Source: Candidatus Eiseniibacteriota bacterium (GTDB lineage Bacteria > Eisenbacteria > RBG-16-71-46). Taken from it: a DNA stretch of 64,000 nucleotides. A program made the translations under genes and the position numbers. Under the pieces are notes generated by a model, which was given only the letters and a program-made list of their open reading frames with translations, was not told the origin of the DNA and searched no databases. Below, piece by piece: positions 10,097 to 20,219 of the stretch. Each line of letters begins with the position of its first letter. The first letter of the stretch is position 1. The DNA lies in NCBI GenBank assembly GCA_963717935.1, contig CAVQXP010000004.1, positions 32,001-96,000 of the forward strand. The letters run 5' to 3'.

Positions 10097-10468
10097 TCAG
10101 GCCTCCGCGACGAAAGTGTGGGCGACAGGATCTGCCCTGAAACGCGCCCTGCAACCGAGGGCCCTCCGAATCTCGGATTCCGGGACTCTGGAGCGTTGCT
10201 TCGCGAATCCATGCGACACGACGACGGCCTGGCTGCCGTGGAAGAAATAGAGCATGCGGTAGTTGATCCCTCGGCACTTCGCCCGCAATTCGTAGATGCC
10301 GTTGGTGAGGAAGTCGGCGAGCGGGCGACGCATCTCGTGCCCCTTGTGCCTGAGCCAGCGCAGATGAGCGATGCAGACATCTCGGGCTTCGGGGGGCAAT
10401 TGAGCGAGCCACTCGACCAAGGGGATCTTGTCTCTCTCCCGGTAGTGGATGAACTCGACCGCCGGCAC
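10097..10468 (-). CDS. RelE/ParE superfamily toxin (Gp49/HigB-like)
   Basis: RRPLADFLTNGIYELRAK..INYRMLYFF...VSHGFAKQ..VPESEI pattern; toxin precedes antitoxin. Confidence 0.85.
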   Translation of the reverse strand: MPAVEFIHYRERDKIPLVEWLAQLPPEARDVCIAHLRWLRHKGHEMRRPLADFLTNGIYELRAKCRGINYRMLYFFHGSQAVVVSHGFAKQRSRVPESEIRRALGCRARFRADPVAHTFVAEA

Positions 10469-10480
10469 CGCAGCACCCCC

Positions 10481-10508
10481 ATTTTCGCAGGATTGCGAAC
10501 AACGTCAA
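10481..10508 (-). promoter_or_regulatory. TA promoter overlapped by a palindromic operator
   Basis: Minus strand TTGACG-16-GAAAAT; inverted repeat TTCGCA-N4-TGCGAA at 10484-10499 lies in the spacer. Confidence 0.55.
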
Positions 10509-10657
10509 GGGGGGCGTTCGTCGACTGTCGGACAGCAAGGGACGCGCCATGCGGGGGACCTGCGGCCGGCGCCATGTTCCGCCAGACGGCGCCCCGCACA
10601 GTGTCCACGCCGTGGTCAGACGCTCCGGCGCCCGGGGCGGGGGCCCGTGCCACTCCG

Positions 10658-11047
10658 CTACTCGTCGCCCTCGTCGGGCATGGGCTTGCCGAAGAGGTCT
10701 TCGAGTTTCCTGCGCGCGTCACTCGAGCGGGTCGCGCCCGGCGCCGTGGGGCCGCCGAACAGGCTCTCGAGCCGGGCGCGGGCCTCGGCCGCGCGGGGGT
10801 TCACCCCCTGCCCCGCCACGAACGAGCGGCGGTTGAAGGAGAAGAACTCGCAGAAGTTGCGGCGCGTCCCGTCCTCGACCAGCTCGGCCTCGGTCTCGCG
10901 ACAGGAGTTGTTGCGCGAGGCGTCGTAGTGCCGGCAGTTCATGCAGCAGCGCAGGTCCCGATGGCAGCCCTCGCACTCGCTGTCGCGCGGGATCGGCTCG
11001 TCGTAGGGCACCGCCTTGCCGCAGGTCTGGCACTGGAGCGCAGCCAT
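10658..11047 (-). CDS. Cys-rich hypothetical protein, probable Zn-binding
   Basis: CQTC, CEGC, CCMNCRHY, C...NFCEFF followed by two AR(A/R)(R/K)LExLFG repeats; host-like codon usage. Confidence 0.75.
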   Translation of the reverse strand: MAALQCQTCGKAVPYDEPIPRDSECEGCHRDLRCCMNCRHYDASRNNSCRETEAELVEDGTRRNFCEFFSFNRRSFVAGQGVNPRAAEARARLESLFGGPTAPGATRSSDARRKLEDLFGKPMPDEGDE

Positions 11048-11232
11048 GGAGGAAGCGTGCTCCCGGCGCTGACGCCCCGTCAAGAGCCGAGTTCGGGCCG
11101 CCGAGCGCGCGGGGCGGGCACCCCCGCGGGACCGACGGTGGACGCGGCCCGAAGCTCCCGCAGACCCGGGCCAGGGCCGTGGTGCAGGCCCTGCTCACGA
11201 AGCATGTGATGGCTACGCAGCGGCGCCCGGCC

Positions 11233-12303
11233 TCATTCCTCTTCGGATTCGCCGGGCTCTCTCAGACAGTCGGCACGCAGGATCCCCAACTGCTTCATGC
11301 GCCGCTTGTAGTTCGGGCGCGCCTCCCCGGCCAGCGCGGCAGCGGCGCGAATCGAACCTGCGGTGCGCAAATGCAGCAGCACGGCCTGGAGCATGCCCTC
11401 GTGCTTCGCGATCTGCATCGCCGAGTCAGGGGGGACGATATCGCGCGGGAGGTCATTCATCGCGATATCCCGCCGTCCGCCGGCGGCGCGTGCCGCGCGG
11501 TACAGGACCGCATGCAATTCGCGGACGTTGCCCCACCAGGCCCGCCCCCGCAACTCGGTGAAGGCCTCCTCGGCAAGTCGCTTGGGGGGCTGGTCGACAT
11601 CTTCGGAGAGCCCGGCAAGAAACCTCTCGCTCAGACCCGCGAGGTCCTCACGGCGCTCGCGCAGGGGCGGGACTCTGATCACGCGGGCCTGCTGCTCTCT
11701 GCCAGGACCGTCCACTTGCACCTGCTCCCCATCACACTCCTCCCGCCACCGCTGCAGCGTCGCCGCCGCCAGGTGCTTGCCGCTGCCGGTTTCGCCGTGG
11801 ACATAGACGGGCCCGTCCTCGGCCGCGGCCTGGCGCAACTCCTCCAGCAGTCGCAGCGACCCGGGAGCGCGTGCGCACCAGGGGCCGGCGCCGTCGGCCT
11901 CCGCCAGCGCCACGCCGGGCGGCGGCGCGTCGCCCGGGCCGAGCAACCGAGCCAGCGTGCCGCAGAGGTCGAGCAGGAACTCCCCGCGGCGCGCGTCGAG
12001 GGCCGCGTGCGCGCCGGCGAGCCGCCCGGCGTCCTGGGCCAGCGCATCGCTGTAGTGCGACGAGTAGAGCACCCGGACGGTCCGCTCGCTCAGCATGCGG
12101 ACCGCCTGCAGCACCAGCAACCCCGTACCGTCCCGGCCCAGGTCGTAGTCCACCACCGCCGCGCTCCAGCCCCCCTCGGCCAGGACGCGCAGCGCCTCGT
12201 CGGCCGCGCGGGCGACCCGGCAGTCGTAATCGCGCGAGAGCGTGCGGGTCAGCAGGGCCGCACGCGCCTCGTCGTCGTCCACCACCAGCAGGCGCGGCCT
12301 CAC
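11233..12303 (-). CDS. Response regulator with degenerate sigma54-type AAA+ domain and Fis-like HTH
   Basis: GTG at 12303; REC domain LLVVDDD...VVDYDL; GETGSGK; VPPLRERREDL; WWGNVREL; no GAFTGA or Walker B. Confidence 0.75.
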   Translation of the reverse strand: MRPRLLVVDDDEARAALLTRTLSRDYDCRVARAADEALRVLAEGGWSAAVVDYDLGRDGTGLLVLQAVRMLSERTVRVLYSSHYSDALAQDAGRLAGAHAALDARRGEFLLDLCGTLARLLGPGDAPPPGVALAEADGAGPWCARAPGSLRLLEELRQAAAEDGPVYVHGETGSGKHLAAATLQRWREECDGEQVQVDGPGREQQARVIRVPPLRERREDLAGLSERFLAGLSEDVDQPPKRLAEEAFTELRGRAWWGNVRELHAVLYRAARAAGGRRDIAMNDLPRDIVPPDSAMQIAKHEGMLQAVLLHLRTAGSIRAAAALAGEARPNYKRRMKQLGILRADCLREPGESEEE

Positions 12304-14672
12304 GCGGCGTCCTCCGGCCGGCCGGCGGCGGTCTGCGCGCCGCCCCCGCCCGCCGCCACACCGTCCTCGCTCGCGGCTCCCGCGCGCGCCTCGAAGGGGA
12401 AGAGCACGGCGAGGACCAGCCGCAGCACCGCCCCGCGGCCTTCGGGCGGATCGTCCACGACCAGGTCGCTGCGCCAGGAGCGCGCCGCCTCGCGCGCGTG
12501 GCCCAGGCCGAAACCGCCGCCGGGGCGCGAAGAGTAGTCGGGCTGGAACACCGTCTCGCGCAGCTCGGCAGCGATTCCGGGACCGTTGTCGGCGACGCGC
12601 ACGATCACATGGCGGCAGTCCACGGGATCGAGCTGCACGCTGACGTGGATCTCCGGCCCGGGCACACCATCCAGGGCAGCCAGGGCGTTCTCGAGCAACT
12701 GCCCGACGAGCTCCCGCAACTCCCCGGGATCGAAGAGCACCGGGACCCCGGCGCCCGCACCCATGAACGAATGCACGGCCACGCCGCGCTGCACCAGGAC
12801 GCCCTGCTTCGCCAGCAGGGCGTCCTGGACCGCGCGGTCCGCGCGACACGGCCCGCGCTCCGCCACCTCGCGGTACGCCACCGCGCAGGCATCGGACAGG
12901 GCCCGCATGGTCCGCGCGGATTGCCGCGCGCGTTCCGCCAGCTCCTCGCGCGTCCCCTCGATCGGCTGGTGCAGCAACGACTCCAGCTCCCGGAGCAGCT
13001 GCCGCATCCGCTCGACGCACTCCCCGCTCACCCGGAGCGTTCCGGCGCGATCGATGAAACGATCGAGCGTGCCGCGTCCGATCGTCGTGAACTGGTCCCG
13101 GGCGCTCTCGAACGTGGCCAGCGGCACCGGCGCGTCCGCGACCGCCTCGTGGGCCCAGTTCCACAGCGCGCCGAACGGCCTCACGTCGTCGAGGATGTCG
13201 TGCCGCACCTGCCGGTAGTCCAGGAGGAAGTCGCGCGACTCCCGGACGGAGGGCAGCCGGCCGCGGCGGCCGAGAGGCCAGAACGCCGCCCCGGCGATGC
13301 CGCAGAGCAGCCCCAACCCGAGCACCCCGCGAACCCGACGCGAATCCGCCATCGGTGGAACCGGACGGACCTCGAAGAGCACCACGTCCTCCTGAGTCTT
13401 CAGCAGGCGATGGGACCGCAGTCCCGCGCGGAGGATGGCAAGGGGCGTGGGATCCGAGCCCGCCGCGTCGTGGGTAAGGCGGCCCTGCACGCGAAGCCGC
13501 TCGTCGAGGATCAGGATCTCCCGATTCGTGCTGGCGACCACCGACTTCACGCCGTCCCCCTCGAGGTCCGCGCAGCCCCACGCCTCGACGGCCGTCCGCG
13601 CACGGTATTGCCCGACGAGCTGAAGGTCGTCGTCGAACGCGCGCAGCGCCCCGTCCGCACATCCCACGACGAAGACGCCGCGGGCCGCGTCCAGGAGACG
13701 GGGTTGCCCCAGGCTGCTCGGGAAATCGCGCTTCCTCAAGATCTCACCCGTCCCCCCGTCCAGCACCGCCAGCATGCACGGCTCGGGGTTGTGGGCACGG
13801 TGGCTGTGGACGGCCACCACGATCTCACGGGGTTGACCCGGCCTGGCCGCCAGGGGGAGGAGGAAGACGCCAGCGAATTCCTGGGCCACCACGGTCCGCC
13901 ACAGGAGGCGGCCCGTCGCATCCAGGGCAAGCACGCAGGCGTGGCGGTCGTCCGTGCCGTTCAGGTCGAGACCGTTCGCCGGCGAGTTCCCCCCGACCAG
14001 CAACTCCGGAGGCACGCCGTTCAGAAGATCCACGGCGAGGGCGGCTTCCGGCCACGCGCCCATCGGGAAGAACCATCGGCGGGCCTTGGTGGCCGGATCG
14101 TAAAGTGCGATCCCACGCGGCCGATGGCCCATCGTCAGGACGAGGCAGGCAAGCGAGTGGCTGCCCCCCGAGTCCGGGAGGACCGCGGCGGGCACCAGGT
14201 GACAGTCCCCGGTGGAGGGCGGGACGAGGAGGGAATCCCGCAGGGGACCGAGGCGGCAGGTCCTCACGCCAGCGCGCGAGAAGACCTCTGCCCAGGCTCC
14301 GGCGGAATCGCGGGTCGCGACGCAGATCTCGTCCAGGCCGTCGCCGTCGATGTCCATCACCGGGCCGAGTTGCACGCGGGAGTCGAAGTTGTACTGCCAG
14401 AGAGCCCGCTGCTCGCCCTCCATCAGCCTGCCCAGCACGAGGGCTCCGGTGCTGCTGAGGAAGACGAAATCGTCCTGGGCGTTCCCGAGGGCGTTGACCG
14501 GCCTCGACGCGAACCCCCCTCGGGCGATCGTCCGGGGCTCGAGATTCACCCGCGCCGGCCCCCGTGAGAGGACGACGAGCCCGAGGACGGTGACGCACGA
14601 GCCGACGAGCAGGCCTCGCCAGACTCGTGCCCTCAGGCTGGATCCAGCAATGAGATTGCGGGGCCGCGGCAC
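12300..14672 (-). CDS. Membrane sensor histidine kinase with FG-GAP/beta-propeller-like extracytoplasmic domain
   Basis: Two TM segments flank DIDGDGLDEI, DLLNGVPPEL and DLEGDGVKSV repeats; C-terminal LLENA, DNGPGI, GGGFGL; atypical H-box QVRHD. Confidence 0.8.
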   Translation of the reverse strand: MPRPRNLIAGSSLRARVWRGLLVGSCVTVLGLVVLSRGPARVNLEPRTIARGGFASRPVNALGNAQDDFVFLSSTGALVLGRLMEGEQRALWQYNFDSRVQLGPVMDIDGDGLDEICVATRDSAGAWAEVFSRAGVRTCRLGPLRDSLLVPPSTGDCHLVPAAVLPDSGGSHSLACLVLTMGHRPRGIALYDPATKARRWFFPMGAWPEAALAVDLLNGVPPELLVGGNSPANGLDLNGTDDRHACVLALDATGRLLWRTVVAQEFAGVFLLPLAARPGQPREIVVAVHSHRAHNPEPCMLAVLDGGTGEILRKRDFPSSLGQPRLLDAARGVFVVGCADGALRAFDDDLQLVGQYRARTAVEAWGCADLEGDGVKSVVASTNREILILDERLRVQGRLTHDAAGSDPTPLAILRAGLRSHRLLKTQEDVVLFEVRPVPPMADSRRVRGVLGLGLLCGIAGAAFWPLGRRGRLPSVRESRDFLLDYRQVRHDILDDVRPFGALWNWAHEAVADAPVPLATFESARDQFTTIGRGTLDRFIDRAGTLRVSGECVERMRQLLRELESLLHQPIEGTREELAERARQSARTMRALSDACAVAYREVAERGPCRADRAVQDALLAKQGVLVQRGVAVHSFMGAGAGVPVLFDPGELRELVGQLLENALAALDGVPGPEIHVSVQLDPVDCRHVIVRVADNGPGIAAELRETVFQPDYSSRPGGGFGLGHAREAARSWRSDLVVDDPPEGRGAVLRLVLAVLFPFEARAGAASEDGVAAGGGGAQTAAGRPEDAA

Positions 14673-14820
14673 CGGGCGATTCTATGCGATTGGCGACGGA
14701 TTATCACCCCCGGCTCGGCAGGGAGAAGATGGAGGGGAGCGCAGGTCCGGCGTGACTTGCCGGCGGCTGCGGGGCGCACGACAGTTGCCGCAGGCCCCCG
14801 GGCGGGCTACGGTGCCGGCC

Positions 14821-15819
14821 ATGGTCCAGCACCCCGCTGACTCCGCGGAGCCCGCGCGCTTCGCCCAGGCCGTGCGCGCCCTGCGCAAGTACCGCGGGCG
14901 CGTGGCGCGCAAGCTCGAGGCCCTGCAGAGCGACCTGGCCGAGGCCGAGCGCGCGCCCCAGTTCCGGCGCTTCGGCGAGACCCTGCTCGTCTACCTCAAG
15001 CAGGTCCCCGCTCGCGCCGGGAACGTGGCGCTGCCCGACCCGCACGAGCCCGCGGTGACGCACGAGATCCCGCTCGAGCCCGGGCTCAACGCGCAGGGCA
15101 ACGCCGCGCGCTACTTCAAGCGCGCCGCCAAGGCCGAGCGCGGGCTCAAGGCCGTGCCGCCGCGGCTCGGCGCCGTCGAGGCCGAGCTGCACGCGCTCGA
15201 GGTGCTGCTGGAGCGCGCCCGCCCCGCGCTGGAGCTGGCCGCCGAGGGCACGGCGACGGCGCTCGATCACGCGCTCGCTCGCGCCATCGAGGCGGCGCTG
15301 GCGAAGCTGCCCGAGACCGTGCGCGACAGCATCGGCGCGCCCGAGCTGGCGAAGGCGCCCGGCGCGGCCGGCCCGCGCGGGCGCAACGCCGAGCCGCGGC
15401 CCGCGGCCGTCGCCGCCGGCGAGGAGCGCGCGCCCTCGGCGAAGCTCCAGCCGCGGCGGCTCAAGAGCGCCGAGGGCTGGGACGTGCTGATCGGCCGCAC
15501 CAGCGAGGGCAACGACTACCTGACGCACCACCTGGCGCGGCCCGAGGACTACTGGTTCCACGTCAGCGGGGCGAGCGGTTCGCACGTGGTGCTGCGGCGC
15601 GGCAAGGGCAAGAACGAGCCGTCGAAGCGGACCCTCGAGGAGGTCGCCGCCTGGGCCGCGTTCTACTCGCAGGCCCGCACCGCAGGCCGCGTGCCCGTCA
15701 TCGTCACGCAGAAGAAGTACGTGCGGAAGCCGCGGAAGGCGAAGGCGGGGCTCGCCTACTGCGAGCGCGAGAAGACGGTGATGGTGCGGCCGAGCGAGCC
15801 GGGAGAGGGGAGAGACTGA
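14821..15819 (+). CDS. NFACT/RqcH-like protein (coiled coil plus NFACT-R RNA-binding domain)
   Basis: NAARYFKRAAK, LIGRTSEGNDYLT, DYWFHVSGASGSHV, AAFYSQAR, KKYVRKP; ATG at 14821. Confidence 0.85.
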   Translation: MVQHPADSAEPARFAQAVRALRKYRGRVARKLEALQSDLAEAERAPQFRRFGETLLVYLKQVPARAGNVALPDPHEPAVTHEIPLEPGLNAQGNAARYFKRAAKAERGLKAVPPRLGAVEAELHALEVLLERARPALELAAEGTATALDHALARAIEAALAKLPETVRDSIGAPELAKAPGAAGPRGRNAEPRPAAVAAGEERAPSAKLQPRRLKSAEGWDVLIGRTSEGNDYLTHHLARPEDYWFHVSGASGSHVVLRRGKGKNEPSKRTLEEVAAWAAFYSQARTAGRVPVIVTQKKYVRKPRKAKAGLAYCEREKTVMVRPSEPGEGRD

Positions 15820-16148
15820 GACTCTAGGTGGCGAGTAGACGAATCGCTCCCATGTCGCGCAGAAGCGTCAGGCGGGAAGATCACGAGGCGACGATGTAGC
15901 ACGCCAAGGGTACACGGGCGGAACGGGACCAAGGCCCCCGTCCGGGCCAGTGGTCTCCGAGCCTGGATGATCGAGTTTCTCACGATCCGCAGCCGCCCGA
16001 ACGCAGTTGATTCGTCGTACCGGCCGTCGTCGGCTGATTGCAGTACTGGCCCGTAGTCTTCGAAGTCATCCACGATCTCTGAAGCCCATAGGTAGAGCTC
16101 CGCTGCAATGTGCGGGTGTAGGGAGAAGAAATCTCTGAGGTCGCTCAT
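15756..16148 (-). CDS. Hypothetical protein in the low-GC island; 3' end overlaps the NFACT gene
   Basis: AAGGAGG RBS upstream of ATG 16148 (MSDLRDFFSLHPHIAAELYLWASEIVDDF); C-terminal part looks like read-through. Confidence 0.4.
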   Translation of the reverse strand: MSDLRDFFSLHPHIAAELYLWASEIVDDFEDYGPVLQSADDGRYDESTAFGRLRIVRNSIIQARRPLARTGALVPFRPCTLGVLHRRLVIFPPDASARHGSDSSTRHLESQSLPSPGSLGRTITVFSRSQ

Positions 16149-16300
16149 CCTGCGAACCTCCTTGTGGCTTGAGCTCCGATTCCCAACAAGACGATGCGTG
16201 CCTTCATGGCCAGACTCCGACCCGGATCCCAACCTGGCCTGGATGAAGCACACAGTCAAGAGCTCAAATCCAGCGCGGTTTCTGACAAGAGGAATGGCCA

Positions 16301-18277
16301 ATGACCAATAGTGATGGCGATCGAGAGGGCAGTTCACCAGAACCGACGTCTGGCTGGGACGGCGACTTCCCGAAGTTCGTCGGCACGCCACCTCGTGTCA
16401 TCCGAACGTGTCTTGAACGTTTCGTCAATGACGTCTCCCGCTCTCAGGTTCGAGCCTGGGACGATTCAATTCCAGCGCTCCAAAGAGAGGCTCGCGAGGT
16501 TGTGGAGACTGAAGGAAGGGCAAACGAATACACTGCAATTCTCGAGTACCAACTCCCGCTCGAATCCCGCCGAGCCGATGTAGTGCTCCTGATCTCGGAC
16601 GCTGTCATTGTCATCGAACTAAAGGGCAAGAGTCGCCCTTCCCAAGCCGACGTCGATCAGGCAGCCGCCTACGCGCGCGACCTTAGGGCGTACCACCGAG
16701 AGTGCCAGGCACGACCCGTCCATGCCGTATTGGTGCCGATGCAAGCCACCGATCGCCCTCAACGGCGGGATGACGTGTGGGTCACCGGGCCGGAATGGCT
16801 GGACTCCCTCGTCCGCCAACTCACCTCCAACTCGACTGCCGAGCCGCCGACGGTCGGAGCATTCCTGGGAATCGACGCCTACCGTCCCCTGCCGACCCTC
16901 ATCCAAGCTGCGCGAGAGTTGTTTGACTCGGGGGAAGTGCGTGAGATCTGGAAGGCCCGCGCGGTAACCGATCCGGCAGTCAGTGCGATTGCCGCCATCG
17001 CCCATGAAGCCGCGCGCACAAGGACTCGCCACCTCGTTCTCGTGACTGGCGTGCCTGGATCGGGAAAGACACTTGTGGGAATGAGAGCAGTGCACGCCCA
17101 CTTCCTCGACGATCTAGCGGTCCCCCGCACCTCTGGCAAGCCCGCCGCGGCGGGGCTGTTCCTGTCCGGAAACGGCCCTCTCGTTCAAGTACTTCAGTAC
17201 GTGATGCGTGGAGCGGGCGGAGGAGGACGCGCGTTTGTCCGCCACATCAAGGACTACCTTGACACGTATGTCCCAAAGACGGAGAAGGTGCCCCCAGAGC
17301 ATCTTCTGGTCTTTGACGAAGCCCAGCGTGCCTTCACGCCTGACAAGGTTCGCGAGCTTCACAAGAAGTGGCCGTCAGATCTGGTGAGGAGCGAGCCTCA
17401 GCACTTCGTCGATATCTGCGAGCGCATGCCCGAATGGTCGGTGCTCGTGGGGCTGATTGGCTCTGGACAAGAGATACACCTCGGCGAGGAGGGCGGACTC
17501 ACACAATGGCGGCGAGCCTTGGAGAGCTGTGGGGAGCCAAGTCGCTGGACGGTCCACGCCCCCGCGCTCATCGAAGAGACCTTTGTCGGAAGTGGTCTGA
17601 CAACGCGATGGAATCTCGCCCTCAATCTCGACACCGAACTTCGTTTCCATGCCGCTTCTGAGCTGCATGGTCTGGTCGCTGACCTTCTGGCGGCGCCTGC
17701 AGTGCCCGGCGGTAGGACAATCGTGGCGGAGCCACTTCGTTCCCCGCATGAATACGACGTCGCTGGCCTTCGACTTTGGGCAACACGCGACCTCGATCGA
17801 GCGAAGCAGTACCTGTGGAACCGCTATGCCGAACAGCCTGACGCACGGTTTGGCCTGCTCGCCTCATCACGGGACAAGCTCGTTGAGACCTTTGGCGTCG
17901 ACAACTCGTGGCAGGCAACCAAGGTCGTTCGTTACGGCCCTTGGTACACAGATGACGACACGAGCCCGCTGTCGTGCAGACGACTGGAAGCCTGCGTGAC
18001 CGAGTTCGGAGCACAAGGGCTCGAGCTCGACATGGCCCTGCTCGCTTGGGGATCAGATCTTGTGCGCGAGAACGGGCAATGGACCAACTCGCGAGCTCGG
18101 CGCTATGCGAAGGGAGAGGTGGAGCTCAAAGACCCCTATCAACTCCGGATCAACGCCTATCGAGTTCTGTTGACCCGCGGCCGTGACGGAACAATTGTCT
18201 TCGTGCCCCCCGCGCGTGAATTGGATGAGACATGGGCGTACCTGTTGGCACGAGGATTCCGAGAACTCAAGGACTAG
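16301..18277 (+). CDS. DUF2075/Schlafen-group-3-like protein: PD-(D/E)xK nuclease-like N-terminus plus SF1 helicase
   Basis: RRADVVLL..VIVIELKG and DQAAAY; Walker A GVPGSGKT; VFDEAQR; FGAQGLELD; NAYRVLLTRGRDG; atypical codon usage. Confidence 0.85.
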   Translation: MTNSDGDREGSSPEPTSGWDGDFPKFVGTPPRVIRTCLERFVNDVSRSQVRAWDDSIPALQREAREVVETEGRANEYTAILEYQLPLESRRADVVLLISDAVIVIELKGKSRPSQADVDQAAAYARDLRAYHRECQARPVHAVLVPMQATDRPQRRDDVWVTGPEWLDSLVRQLTSNSTAEPPTVGAFLGIDAYRPLPTLIQAARELFDSGEVREIWKARAVTDPAVSAIAAIAHEAARTRTRHLVLVTGVPGSGKTLVGMRAVHAHFLDDLAVPRTSGKPAAAGLFLSGNGPLVQVLQYVMRGAGGGGRAFVRHIKDYLDTYVPKTEKVPPEHLLVFDEAQRAFTPDKVRELHKKWPSDLVRSEPQHFVDICERMPEWSVLVGLIGSGQEIHLGEEGGLTQWRRALESCGEPSRWTVHAPALIEETFVGSGLTTRWNLALNLDTELRFHAASELHGLVADLLAAPAVPGGRTIVAEPLRSPHEYDVAGLRLWATRDLDRAKQYLWNRYAEQPDARFGLLASSRDKLVETFGVDNSWQATKVVRYGPWYTDDDTSPLSCRRLEACVTEFGAQGLELDMALLAWGSDLVRENGQWTNSRARRYAKGEVELKDPYQLRINAYRVLLTRGRDGTIVFVPPARELDETWAYLLARGFRELKD

Positions 18278-18278
18278 C

Positions 18279-20191
18279 CTACCCTCGCCCGCCCTTCTTC
18301 CTCTCGTCCCCCGCGCGCACCGTCCAGCCCATGCGGTCGGAGTGCTCGAGCAGGGGCACGGCGTACTTGCGGCTCACGCCGGCCAGCTCCTTGAACTCGG
18401 CCATGGTGAGCACGGCCCGCTTCGCGAAGTGATCGGCCAGCTTCGCGCGCAGGACCTTCATCTGGTGTGAGGTGTAGATCAGCTCCTGGTTCACGCGCAC
18501 CAGCCGCTCCAGGAACAGGCCGAGCGTGGCGACCTCCGCGGCAGCCGACGCCGAGCTTGCCCTGCCAGACGAGCGCGTCGGGCACGCTCATCCCGGTGGC
18601 CTCCAGGTCGGCCTCCAGCTTCTCGAGCGCGGCCCGGGTCGCGGCCGGCGGCTCCCAGGGCGAGTCGGCGGGCCGCACGCGCTGGCTGCGCACCTCGAGC
18701 CGGCCCTCCTCCTCCAGCGCGTGGAACGCGATGTCGAAGAGCGTGCCCTCCATCGCCACCTTGAGCCCGCTCTTCAGCTCGCCCTTCAGGTAGCCGAAGC
18801 GCGAGGGGTACTTGTCGGCGTAGCCGCGCACCTCGCGCTCGATGATCTCGAGCGCGCCATGCCACTTCTTCAGCGCGAGCCAGCGGTCGGGCAGCGGCAT
18901 CGCGATCTCGTGGTCCTCGAGCAGGCGAGCGAGCGCAGCCTGGGTCACGGTCTGGCTCTCCCCCACCACCTGCGCCAGCCGCGAGGTCGAGACGGGGCTG
19001 TCCTCGGCCTCGACCAGCTGCAGCAGCCGCGCCTCGAGCGAGCCGCTCTCGCGCACCTCGAGCGCGTCGAGCGCACCGTGGCGGCGGCGCTTGGCGGCCA
19101 CCGGCTCGATCACGCTGCCGCCGCCGATGGTGTGCGAGGGCGAGTAGCGGCGGATCACGAACCGGTCGCCGCGCGCGGCCACGGTCGGGCGCTCGAGGCG
19201 CACCTGCGCCAGCGCACTCGCGCCGGGGGCGACGCTCTCGCTTTCGAGCAGCACGAGCCGACCGATGATCTCGCTGGCGCCGAGGTGGAACCGCACGCGG
19301 GTGTTGGCGGGCCACTCCTTCTCCAGGTCGGCGAGCGCCTCGAAGCGCACGTCCAGGATGCTCGAGGGCCGCAGCGACCCGCCGCGCCAGCAGCCAGTCG
19401 CCGCGCTCGACCTGCTCGCGCTCGACGCCGTGCAACGCGACGGCGGTGCGCTGGCCGGCGCGCGCCTCCTCGACGGTCTGCCCGTGCACCTGCACGCGCC
19501 GCACGCGCACGGGCAGGTTCTGCGGCTGCAGCTCGAGCGTGTCGCCGGTGCGGATGCGGCCGCGCCACAGCGTGCCGGTCACCACGGTGCCGAAGCCCTC
19601 GACGGTGAAGATGCGATCCACGGGCAGGCGCGCGGGCTCGTCGGCGGGGCGCAGGGCCAGGCCCGCGAGCTGCGCGTCCATCGCCGCGAACAGCTCGGCG
19701 GTGCCGGCGCCGGTCACGGCCGAGAACTCGACCACGGGCGAGGTGGCGAAGGGCGTGCCGGCGAGCAGCGCGGCGACGTCGCGCCGGATCTCCTCGACCC
19801 AGGCGGCCTCGACCAGATCGCGCTTGGTGAGCACGATGACACCGCGCGTCACGCCGAGCAGCCGCACGATGGCGAGGTGCTCGCGGGTCTGGGGCATCAC
19901 GCCCTCGTCGGCGGCGATGACGAGCAGCACCAGGTCCACGCCGCCCACGCCGGCGAGCATGTTCTTGACGAAGCGCTCGTGCCCGGGCACGTCCACGATG
20001 CCGAGGTGCACGCCGCCGGGCGTGACGAGCGGCGCGAAGCCGAGGTCGATGGAGATGCCGCGCTTCTTCTCTTCGGGCAGCCGGTCGGTGTCCACGCCGG
20101 TCAGGCGGCGCACGAGCGCGGTCTTGCCGTGGTCGATGTGGCCGGCGGTGCCGACGATGGCAGGGCGGGTGCCGGGGGTCTCAGGGGCCAT
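18279..20191 (-). CDS. selB: Selenocysteine-specific elongation factor SelB, frameshifted (~19380 and ~18545)
   Basis: [36 protein letters not shown]; middle [12 protein letters not shown]-terminal winged helix [13 protein letters not shown]. Confidence 0.93.
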
Positions 20192-20219
20192 GTGCCGCAG
20201 TGTATACGATGAGGCCGGC

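Noticed and set aside
15820..18277. Prophage, IS or integron cassette as carrier of the low-GC island
   Set aside because: No integrase, transposase, terminal inverted repeats, target duplication or attC structure was seen.
18279..20191. Programmed frameshifting or a true pseudogene in selB and other split genes
   Set aside because: No slippery-site pattern; scattered indels in many unrelated genes fit sequencing error better.
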